DNA of 63,643 nucleotides, filler included, from Octopus bimaculoides (Eukaryota), in the NCBI RefSeq assembly GCF_001194135.2. It is 6 parts of 6 records of this genome, joined end to end, with 100 filler letters (N's around TTAATTAATTAA, not from the genome) between each part and the next. Parts side by side here need not be neighbours in the genome. Positions count along the whole stretch, not along the records: positions 24,474 to 55,538 come from NC_068999.1; 5 more parts are not named here. One strand, written 5' to 3'. The translations under genes were made by a program, and so were the position numbers. Under the pieces are notes generated by a model. The model saw only the letters and a list, made by a program, of their open reading frames with translations, had not been told where the DNA came from and ran no database searches. This document shows, one piece after another, positions 27,558 through 39,900 of this stretch (the stretch's first letter is position 1; the number at the start of each line of letters is the position of its first letter).

Positions 27558-30500
27558 GTAGATCTATTATGAAATTTTAATATTTTTCTTGTAATATTGT
27601 TCATTTGTAATTTAATTTAAATCATGAAATATTGATATCATATATATTTGAATACCTTACTGTGTAATATCCACTATCCTTGTGTAATATAATATCTAAA
27701 TAATATGAATTATTACCAGTGGTGTAGTTCTAAAAAAGGAAGTGAACTCTTTTAGGGTTAACGCTTCCACCAATGGATCTCAATGCATAAATATTCCTCT
27801 TAGAACAGATGATAGATTGCATATGTGTTACGAGTGGTGAGTATCAGAAAATAAAAAAAATTGAAAAGCTATAGCATTTCTGTTTGCATAAATTTAAAAC
27901 AAAACTCATTTAATAAAATCTTTCTTTGTTCTCCTAATTCTTTCTTTTCTGCAGTATATTTTGGAAGACATTTTTTGGTCTGGAACTCCACTTTTAGAAT
28001 CAGTTGGTGAGCATGAACCTCATGTTGAAGAAATGCGATCAGGCATCCAAACTACCATCCAAAAGTCAATTGTTCCAACCAAAGCATATGCTGAACGATA
28101 CAATAAATATGTTGAACTTTGCAATCTTGATGTAAACAAATTTATCAGGTGAAACACTTCTCTCTTTACTAAAATATTAGCTTTAAATTCAAAGAACCGG
28201 GATTCAAAGCTAGCTGACATTTACATTTCATTCCAAACTGCTATTTGTTAATAACAAGACTATTTTGTAATGTTGACATTCATCGTCAGCATCATTGTTG
28301 TTGTTGTTGTCATAGGTGGCAGTCACAGTAGCATTGTCATCATTGTTTGTGTTGGTGTTATCGATGTTGTTGGCATTGGTGTCATTGTCACAGTCAGGGC
28401 TACAGTAGATGTTTGTCTTAAGTGCTGTGCAATAGGATTGAACCAGAGAAGCAAACTCATCTATACTATAAATTGCAGTGTTCTTGATTGCTTGCTTGAT
28501 TGATTGATTGATTAAGTGTCGGCAGATTCACTCGAGAACGGTGCAGTGGAATCGCGTGAAATTCAGCACAGAGCGGCAGCATGGTCTGCTCATGTTCAGT
28601 AGATTTTTATTGCCCTCCAACTCCCATGGTCACCGAGAAAATCGATTATTACTTTTTAAGATAGGAATATCCCATTCAAAGTGGGGAGGGGCGATTTTGT
28701 TGCCTTTCCCATGCGCAAAATTTTACGAAAAACCAGCACAATAAAGATTATTTTTTTCCAAGTAATGTGGCTGGGTTTGTTTTTCGAAAATTTTAATCAG
28801 AGGCACAGAAAAAAAATAATTTCAAGATTTTGTGCGTTAAAAAGCCAAAGCTGTTAGATGCTGGCGTACAGCAATCGATATATACGCAGTGAACGTTTTC
28901 TCCATTTGCGTGCAATAAGGCTTAGCGAAAGCGAGTATAACATCGAAATAACTTGAAAAGAATGCATGTGGGAATGCCGTTATAATGAATGCTCATTTAA
29001 ATGTATTTATCCAACACTGGATATTTCTGCTAGTTTACTATATTTGCCATCCTATGTAGACAGCTGCAACCAAACAATTAGTTAATTTTATTTAGCTTAC
29101 TCTAAGATTATAGACCACATTTAAATTTCTGGTGAGTGACATTATTTGTATACCAAGTTATTTCTATTGATTGCGAATTCTGAAATTTAATTATATGTAC
29201 AAAGAGGAAATAATTCAGTGTGATTCTACAATGGAAATTTTATCTTATTTCTTTATTGCCCACAAGAAGCTAAACATAGAGGGGACAAACAAGGACAGAC
29301 AAATGGATTAAGTTGATTACATCGACCCCGTTGCGTAACTGGTACTTAATTTATTGACCCCGAAAGGATGAAAGGCAAAGTCGACCTCGGCGGAATTTGA
29401 ACTCAGAACGTAACGGCAGACGAAATACCGCTAAGCATTTCGCCCGGCGTGCTAACGTTTCTGCCAGCTCACCGCCTTCATTAATATTTTATCTGCATTA
29501 CAATTTTCACACTGCTTCTGAATTACTTTAATCTTACTTTTGATCGTAAGAAGATACACAGAGAGAAAAATATTTTCATACTCTATCAAATATGTATATC
29601 ACAGGCAAAGGCATAGCCGTGTGGTTGAAAAGCTTGCTTCCCAACCATGTGATCTTGGGTTCCATCCCACCATGCAGCACCTTGGGCAAGTGTCATCTAC
29701 TATAGCTCCAGGTTGACCGAAGCCTTATGAGTGAATTTGGTAGATGAAAACTGAAAGAAGCCTATCATATATGTGGTGTGTGTGTGTCTGTGAGAGAGAG
29801 AGGGAAATCAAGAGGGGGAAGGGGAGAGAGAGCAATAGATGTTGATAATGGGAAATATTGGTGGAAGAGAAAGTGATGACTAGCAATACAAAAGGGTGAT
29901 GTTGAGGGGTGGAGTACTGAATATGGACAGATCCAATGAATTGCTTTGGCATGTTCCATATATGGTGTGGAAGAGAGATAGAGTGATGAAAGGGAGGCAC
30001 AGTGGTAGATAAGAGAGTAACAAAAAAAGTAGTAGCAGGGGAAATGGTAGATGGTAAAATAATGGCTGGTTGCAGGGAAATTCAACTGTAGATTTAGATT
30101 CATCACTGCAGCTTCCATCATTTTTATCTTTGTTTTCCCATGCTTGCTTGAGTTGAGCTGGTTTTTTGGCTGTAACATTTACCATCTGTTGCTGTTCTTT
30201 GTGTGTGTGGTGGTGGTGGTGGGGGTCACCCTCTTATCAGTTTTCTTCCCATTTTTTTCTTTGATTTTTCTCTTTCACAAGCTTAATCCACTTTCAGCAC
30301 TCATCATTTCTTTCTACATATGGCATCCTTGTATTAATAGAATTTATTCCCTTGCATGCTACATTTAATCCCTCTTGTATGCTATTTTTTTTCTTTCTTT
30401 TGTGCTTTATTGTTCAGGCACTTGAACTTTATACAACTAGTAGGGAATGCTTGCCCCATTTCTTCTAAGCTTTTGCAAATCTTTTGCATTCTTTAACCAT

Positions 30501-33500
30501 GCAGCATTGCATTTCCTACACAAGCATTTCTTAAACAATCTGCCCTTACTCTGAGAGAGAAACCTTTTGCTGCCAGCAGAAGTAATTACTCACTGAACTT
30601 TTTTTCTATCCTGCCCTTACTCAAGCAAGTAGTTCTAAGAATTTTTCAGCATTCTATTGTGATAATTTCTTTAAAACAGCCACTCCTATCATTTTATGTA
30701 GTACATATGCTGAAACTGAACGACCTGCTGTTGAAATACAAGAAGAGGCTGAGAAACATTTGCATGAGAAAGGTATTCTAGAAAATGAAATTCCACTTAG
30801 TATTACTATTGGGCCTTTCTGGGTGACAACGTCGCATGTACGAGAAACTGTTTCGAAGAAGAAGAAAGCATTAACTATGGCACTCCTTGATTTACTTGCA
30901 AAACAGCTCAGCCAACAAACTGAGGAAGTATGTATTGATATTGCTTTCCCTATTTTCAGTTTTATGTTTGTCAATTTTAGTAAATTTGCTTATAAAATTG
31001 TTGTTCCAGTTTTTCTTGTCTTTGTTGTTCTGGTAAACCACATTGGGTTGTCACAAAACTAGAACGTATTCCAGTAATTCCATATTAAGTATATGGTTTG
31101 TTCATTTTGTAGAATGCTCCCCATTTTCTTTAGATCATTATTGTCATCATTATTGTCATGATTGTGGAGGAGGATGACAATGATCATCATCCTCCACATC
31201 ATTATCCTCCTGCTACATCTTGTCATTGATATTTACTTTTTAGTGTAATTTCCATAGATTATATTTGGAGGCTCTTTTAGACTGGTGTTCATCTTGAACT
31301 CATGCAGCTAATGAATTTAGGAACAACTGAGGTAGCCTCTACATGACTGCTGCTAGATCTGCTAGAAAAAGCAACCAGTTCTCCCTCAAATAAGTCTGAC
31401 TTAAAAGAGAGAATGCTCATTAGGTAATGTAAAAGGTGGGATATTTGTGACTGAAATGCCTTTGATTATAAGCCTGTTTGATCAAAGTTGACCAGTGGTC
31501 AAGCAATAACTATCTGGTGAAGGAATTCCTTAAGGCTGCAGTTCTGGGGGAAGAATGAAGAGGCAGTGTGGGTTTCAATGAGGAAAAGGAAGAGGTTGTT
31601 AACTGAGAAACAATTAAGCTGTGATCAAAACTAGTAAAAACAGAGAGAAGCAGTATTATGTGTGTGGCTTGATCGGACATGGATTAGCTTGATCGGACAT
31701 GGATTAGCTTGATGCCAATCAACTGGAGCTGCTTTTTTTTGGATAGGGTCTAGCATGCTTGTGTTTGAAGCAGCAGCAGCATCACACCTGATATGTAAGT
31801 AATACTCTAATGCTGTTCCAACTGTCTGAGAAAGCTTTATATGTGTGTGGTGCCTTGTTCTACTTTGGATATAATCCCAACGTGTCATGGATGGGGAGGG
31901 AATGTTGATTATTCAGGATTGAAAGTTCAAAACAAAAAAAATAGAAATTAATAGTTATCACCAAGCCAATATGGCAGTCCCAAAATTAGGACGAATGCTA
32001 CTGTCAATTAGCTCCAAGAGGCCATCGCCTCTAGCTAGCTATGTGACACACGAAGCCTGTGTCCTTTATAACCTTCGAACAGGGGAGGTCAGCAGCTTCC
32101 CCTTGCTGGTTTGGCATCTGCAGACTAGACTAGTTTCAGGGTATTGCCCCTTGTCAATGCAGAGCAGCCGAGCCCCAGCAGGCGTCGCTACTGACTGTCT
32201 GTAGGAAGATTATTTATCTAATTTCAGTGGAATACATCCACTGGTTTTCAGAAATAGAGTTATTAATATTTCTAAGTCTCTCTAAAGGAGACTACGGCAG
32301 CGGTACTGGAAATTAATAGTTATCGCCAAGCCAACATGGCAGTCCCAAAATTAGGACGAATAAAAAAATAGAATTATTTGAAAATTTATATAACATCATA
32401 GAAAATGGGGAAAAATTATGTTAAAATGGATGCCATCCAGCTTTCCTTGACTAGTAATTTTTTTTATCAACCATTTAACTGGGTGTCACTATTATTATTA
32501 TTATTATTATCAAGTCGTCTGCTTGATTTCTGTCTTAGAAACAAGTTAAGGTGAGAGGTCCATATTTGTTTTACGAGCAATTACTAAATATTTACTTTGA
32601 AGTATATTTGAATATTTATTATACAGTTAAAGCAGAGTTGTGTTACAACAAAACTGAGATAAGTTATGCACAAATTTAAAGGTAATAGAAATAAGTTTGC
32701 ATGTATAATCACCATAATATTTTTATTTGTTACCATTTTACTTATTGGTAGAATATTCTTCTTCCAGTTGTGAAACAAAAAGGGTAGAATATTCACATTG
32801 AATATAACTTGACTTATTTATATACAGGGTGAGCCAAAAGTAGCTATACACTTCGAAATTCTTTCATTTTATTACTTTTACGCTCATTTATTACAATTAC
32901 ATTTATGAAACACAGTTTAATCTCGTAAATGGTCGAAATATCCTCCGTCAACATGGGAACATTCCTCAAATGTCCCAGAACACTAACACGCAGCACATTA
33001 TTCATGGTACCTGTAAAAATCGAATAAGTTAATTTTAAAAGTGTTTACCTACTTTTGGCCCACCCTGTATGAGTCCTCACTTTTTTGGAGATGTTCCTTT
33101 CACCAAAATAACAAGCTTTGTTAATTGTTTTTTTAAAATCTGTTTGTATTAAATGATAATACCCGGGTAAAACTATAATTTATTTTGTTGAAGGTATGTG
33201 AAACTTTTAAACAAATCAGCCGAAAACAATCAGAAAAACCCAATACAATTGAGGAATTAGATGAGTTAAGGGAATGGATGAAGTCTATACCAGAAAAAAT
33301 TAAAGATCAACAAGTAAAGCATCTTATTCGAATCGTATATTTAATTTTATATAAGATTTAAAATAGTTTATATTATATTTCAGTTATTATGCAGTGTTGT
33401 GTGTGTATGTGTGCATGTGTGTATGCATGTGTGTGTGTGTGTGTGCATGCGTGTTTCATTATCAACACCAATATTTTATATCTACTTTTACGTTTGTGCA

Positions 33501-36500
33501 TAGGTTGAACAGTTTTCTATAGCTCAGCACCTTGCCACTTATGTTCCTTTGTCATCATAGGAAGGTTCAGCCTCCTGATATCAATCTCTAATGCAGCTTC
33601 CCTACATTTGGACTGCTTTGCACTTTTTTACTCAATTGTCATTTTTTTTTACATTTCATGCCAACTCAATCTTCTCCTTAGCATACAATCTGATTTCTCC
33701 AATACCTAGTTATTCTCTCAGCTCATTTCTTATTCATCATTCATGTACAATAATATTATGCATTCAAAGGCTGTCCATGGGACAGAAACCTTCATCACTA
33801 GACATGACAGATGTACGGTCATTGTACCAAAGCAATACTTTGAATTTCCCCATCCATTTTAGAAGCTTTGTTTGTACCAGTGAGAATTGTATGTTTGTTT
33901 ACACCATAAGAATGGACATTAATTGATGATGATATATATATATATATATATATATAAAATACAAAAATGGGACAAGAACGCAAAACATTCAAACAGTTGG
34001 GAGATACAAAAAAGGGACAACAAAACACCCAGGCAGATGATACAAAGAAAAAAAGGACGAGTCATTCAGAGTTTTCTATCCTCAGTCGAGTTCCAGATTA
34101 TCTTTGCAATTTTGGCTTGTTATACTTGAGATTGCTCCAATCTGGCCAACCCCAAGGAAAAACTAAGCTAAGAGCATTAGATTCCTTGGAAGAAAGCAGC
34201 AAATGTATACGAAAACAAGGATGGAAAAAAACAGAGAAATGTTTCACAAATACAAATTCAGTTAACAGGACATAACAACAGGTGTTTTTTGACTAAGGAT
34301 GAATTAAATTAAGCTAGCATGTGTGGAAAACCAGTCGAAATTGCAAAGATAATCTGGAACTTGATTGAGGATAGAAAACTCCGAATGACCTGTCCTTGTT
34401 TGGTTATGGAACATTCATATTTTATAATCATTTTTTAAAACTAAGGGTTATATTATAGGTTTAAAACTTGCTGAGTGATACTCAGCATGGCTTTCGACCA
34501 GGTAGGAGCTGCCTGACCCAAATCTTACAACATTATGACTGGGTATTGAGGCAGTTACTCAACAACTCAAATGTGGACGTAATATACCTTGATTTTACAA
34601 AAGCTTTTGACAAAGTGGATCATGGTGTGATATGCCACAGACTGCAGGATCTTGACATAGCTGAAAAACTTGGAGAGTGGTTACATGACTTTCTGAAAGA
34701 TAGAAGACAGGCAGTAGTGGCAAATGGAGCCACCTCTATGAAAACACAAATAGTGAGCGGTGTTCCACAGGGCACTGTCTTGGGACCACTGCTTTTTAAA
34801 GTGGTCCGCTCAGATATGCCCTCAAGTGCCCGGATAGCCACCCTTGCAAGCTTCGCAGACGATACAAAAGTCTCGCAGAAAATACAGAACCCCAGTGATG
34901 TTGCACATCTGCAGCAGGAGTTGGACTCAATTTACAAATGGGCTGAGGATAATAATATGCAGTTTAATGCTGAAAAATTCCAAGCCCTGCACTACCAACA
35001 TCCAAAACTGAATATGAAACTTACAGAGTACACTGGTCCGCAGGGAATTTCAATCCCAGAGCCTAAATCAGTGAGGGACCTGGGTATCGACATGTTTACG
35101 TCCCCGTAACTTAGCAGTGCGGCAAAAGCGGCCGATAGAATAAGTACTAGGCATCCAAAGAATAAATCCTGGGGTCAATTTGCTTGACTAAAGGCACTGC
35201 TCCAGCATGGCCACAGTCAAATGATTGAAACAAGTAAAAGAGTATATATTTATATATATTATTTATATATATATATTTATATGCATATATACAGGGGTTG
35301 GACAAAATAATGGAAACACCCAGCATCATAGCATCATAATTTTGAAATATCTATAAAACCATCAAAAGCATGTTTATTTTTATGTTTTTCGATTTATTAT
35401 TAGTGTTGCTTAATATGTTTTGCTAACATTGCTGTTTCTTTTCAGATATCATCAGAAAGAGGTAATTAAAATTCATTAAAATGACAGATCTATCGGACTT
35501 TCAAAGAGCTGAAACTGTTGGTCCTTGTATGGCAGGTGCGAATGTAACAAAAACAGCCAAAATGTTTGGTGTATCAAGAAGTACTGTCTTGAAAATAGTG
35601 ACAGCATTTGAGAAAAAGGGAAAAACCTCCTCATCAAAACAAATTTCCAGAAGAAAACCAAAACTTTCAGATAGGGGCCGTCAGAATCTTAAAGAAATTG
35701 TTAGAAAGGATCCCAAAAGTACAGCTCCCAAAGTTACTGCAGAGCTTTATGACCACCTCGAGAACCCAGTTTCCACAAAAACTGTTCACTCGGAGCTGCA
35801 CAAAGCTGAATTTCACGGATGGGTTGCAATCAGAAAACTACTCCTTTCAAAAACAAATGTTGCAAAGTGTTTAGAGTGGAGTAAAAACCTACAGAATTGG
35901 TCCCTAGAGCAGTGGAAGAATGTTATTTTCTCGGACGAGTCATCCTTTACCTTATTTACAACCACCAGCTGAGTATACATGTGGAGACAGCCAAAAGAAG
36001 CATTTGACCCTGACTGCCTTCTTCCAACTGTTAAACATGTAGGAGGATCTGTGATGATTGGGGTGGGGCTATATCTTGGAAATCCACCGGCCCAATGGTT
36101 TCCCCTCATCGTAGAATTAATAGTCAAGACTATTTAAGCATTTTATCTGATCAAATTCATCTTATGGTGGTGGAACTGTTTCCGGAGGGAAACACAATCT
36201 TTCAGGATGATAATACACCAGTTCACACAGCTAAAGTTGTTACTGAATGGCACTAGGAACATTCTAGTGAAGTTCAACATCTTATCTGGCCACTATAGTC
36301 CCCAGATCTCAATATTGTTGAACATTTATGGTGCATTTTCGAAAAACAAGTAAGGAATCGATATCCTTCACCATCATCACTACAAGAACTGGAGACTGTT
36401 TTAGCTGAAGAATGGACAAAAATTGCTTTGGAAATAATTCAAACTTTGTACAAGTCCATACTTCATAGAATTCAAGCTGTAATTACTGCCAAATGTGGTC

Positions 36501-36579
36501 ATACCCCATATTAAAATAAATTTGTTTGAAATTTTAAGGTGTTTCCATTATTTTGTCCAACCCCTGTATATACATACAT

Positions 36580-36631
<52 letters not shown>

Positions 36632-36865
36632 CCAAAGTTTTAAATTTTTACATTTACGAGAGAGATTTGATGCTAATATTAGCGTCAAATCTCTCTCTTA
36701 AATGTAAAAATTTAAAACTTTGGATATATAAACAAGGAGAACAATCCCTAAGGAGTCTAATTTAGACTTTTTTGCGGTGAAATCTCCTGCTATATTGGTA
36801 ACGATTACATAGTTTACTATGAAAAATTATATATATATATATACATATATGTACATATACATACA

Positions 36866-36904
<39 letters not shown>

Positions 36905-39900
36905 ACACACATACATACATATAAACATGCATGCACATATGCTTATATATACATTTATGTGTGTATGTGTTTAAAAAAAAACTTTTAATTTGGTTTAAGG
37001 GTAGCATTCTGAGGATATACATGTATAAGTACAAAAAGAAAAGGTTTTGTGTTATGTGCACGGAGTATATGGAATAAAATGAAATGAAAAAAAATTTAAA
37101 TGTTAGATAGGAATAAAATTGCAAAAAGATACAGAGATTAAGATAAAATGTGATCCTCTCATTCATCTGTCTCTGTACAAAAATGATTCACAAGAAACAA
37201 TTAGGTAATTAGAAGAAAAAGATAAAATAATGAAACAAAACAACAAGTAGTTGTTTTATAAGGTTATTTGAAATGTAAACTATAACAATCCATATAAACT
37301 AGTGCTAGTCTCAGTTTGATGAATTCAAAATGAAACCAGTTTGTGTGATGAGAAGAGAAGTGAATTATATTTCAGGGCATGATTTTGTGGAAGTAATGCT
37401 TTAATCTTTATTTTTTACAGGAACAAATTAGTAAAATAGTTGTGGACTATGGATTGTTGGAGAACTTTTTCTATAATCTTCCCATTGATGACTTCAATAA
37501 TTTGTAAGTGTGGTTTCTCTTTTACTTTACTTCTGTTTTGGCTGTTATTTGAAGAAACATCTAATATACAGTTATGTATATTCTTTTTTGGAACTGCAAC
37601 ATTTAGTATTACAAAAGTCTATGATTTTGGTGTTGATTCAATGTTACAATTGAAATTAATGATTAATAGCAAATAATTATTTTTTCTCGTGAGATTTTTA
37701 ACTCGGATTGTCACAAATGTTCTGTAGTCAAGAAAAAAAGATGCCTTAATAAGCTTTGCAAAGCCTCCAAAGCTAATGAAATCAAAATGGTTGAGTTTGG
37801 TGACTGTTTCTATCGGATACGTAGAAATTTAGAGGTTAAGTTACTGCTCTTATATGAGCCATATACTTACTTTTCTACTCTAGGCACAAGGCACAAAATT
37901 TTTTGGGATGGAGCTAGTTGATAAGATCAACCCCAAAACGCAACTGGTATCTAATTTATTGACCCTGAAAGGATGAAAGGCAAAGTTGACCTTGGCGGAA
38001 TTTGAACTCAGAACATAAAGACAGATGACATACTGCTAAGCATTTCACCTGGCATGCTTGCTGCCTTCTTATATGGGACATATTACCTTATGGTTTCCAG
38101 AACCTGGGACAGAGCAAATGAAAGCTGGTAAACTTACTCCATTGTCCTGAACTGGCTGCTGATGCGTTCATACTTGGTGACTTCTTAGTAGTATCATGTG
38201 GCAAAATAGAGAATAAGAAAGAATTTAAGAAAATAGGTTACTTATGTGTAAGGATATTGTTATCCCCAACATATAACAATACCTAGGATGGTAAGTGAAG
38301 ATATAATCTATGACAACTCATTTAACCCATGCCAGTATGAAAAGACTTCTTTTAAGATATTTGCACCACTGGCTCTATTACTGAGGATGACAATTTAGTT
38401 TATCAACCATTTTATTGAAATTGCTTGTTATATGAGCGAGTGCTGAGAAGTTTCTGTCTTTGGATAAAAGAAAATACAGGAGGATCAGTTAATTATGATT
38501 TTATTCAACATATTCCTTTCTCAGAGTCACACACTTATTGCAGCAGTCCTTCAGTTTCTTTAAGCCCTGTAAAAAATTCTTGGAAGGATGGGCCTCCAAC
38601 CAGGCCTCTGTAGCAGCAATCACTCCTGAATCAGTGAAATTTCATTCCCTTGCAATATTTCTTCAGTTGTGGAAAGAGGTGATAGTTATGGATGGGAGCA
38701 AAGTCAGGAGAGAAAGGTGGATTGTTTACCAGTTTGAAGCCAAAGTTGTGTATTTTCCATAAAGTTTCATGTGCTGGTGCAGTGTCCTGCAAAAACAGGA
38801 CACCATGGTTCAGTTTTCTACAATGTTTCTGCTTCAAAACTTCATGTAGTTTGTCCACCAGAGACATGTTGTATTCTGTGTTGATGGTGCAACCCTTTAG
38901 CAGGTATTTTATGAGAAGTAATCTGTTTTTGTCCTAGAATGCTGAAGGCAGAACCTTTCCAGCTGATTTCTGTGTCTGAAACTTCTTGGGACGTGGTGAA
39001 CTGCTGTGGCATCACTCCATTGATTGCTGCTTGGTCTGGGGATCATAATGAGGAAGCCAAGTTTCATCCATACTGACTAAACAAGCCATAAAATCTGCCT
39101 CTCCTACTGCAAACTGGTCCCAAATTGCCTTTGCTGTCATCTGGTGTGCTTCTGATCTGTGTTCAAGAATTTTGGTATCCATTTTGTAGAAAGTTTTTTT
39201 TTCTCATGTCCAGAATGTTATAGATGATGTAACCAACTCTTTCAAGGTGACCCCCTGAGTCTCAGCTATAACTTTAGCTGAAATCTGGTAGTCCTCAAGA
39301 ATCATGAGATGCACAGTGTCAGCTTTGTCCTCTGTGGTCATGGAAGTTGGCTCTCCTGACTGAGGTTCATCTGTAACCTTGAAATAACCAGTTTGAAGCC
39401 TTAACAACCAGATTTTCACTGTGGAATAAGGTGGGAAGCTATCTTTCATCTTGCCATGGATTTCTGTCACACCTTTGCATTGCAAAAAAAGGAACTTCTT
39501 GACCATCTATGCTTCAATTTTACCAAAATCCACTGTAGAAGATGCCATCAGGCATTAAATCTGCAAAAAAAGAGAAAAATACATTGTATGCCATCGTGAT
39601 TTTTTGCATATCTTCTAAATAGTGTCCTACTTCACCTATGAAAGGTAACCCTAACCCTTTTCTAATACCCTTAAAGGTAGGAACTTTTCAGCACCTCCTC
39701 GTAACTGCACCACAAACCTGTATGTAGTCCAGCACAAAGATAGAAAATAGAAAACCCCTATGTTGCATGTTTTTTTTTTTACTAATCCGAGGCTTTTGTT
39801 ATTGTTTGTAGATGGGCTATGATTGGATGGCCTCTGAAAATTGAGAAACAAACTGAGACGGTTTTGATAAACCATGAAGCTGATGAAGAGCGGTTTCGTA

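Noticed and set aside
28270-28503. Hydrophobic ORF suggesting a membrane protein
   Set aside because: Derived from degenerate (GTT/CAT)n low-complexity sequence inside a dynein intron.
31970-32010. Plus-strand GTCC-CAAAATTA-GGAC-GAA in the retrozyme terminal repeat, resembling hammerhead stem II of the opposite polarity
   Set aside because: Preceding 7 nt (TATGGCA, or CATGGCA in the second copy) do not fit the core, GAAA is GAAT, and stems I and III do not pair. An HDV-like fold also failed (no P1/P3). Kept only as a hairpin.
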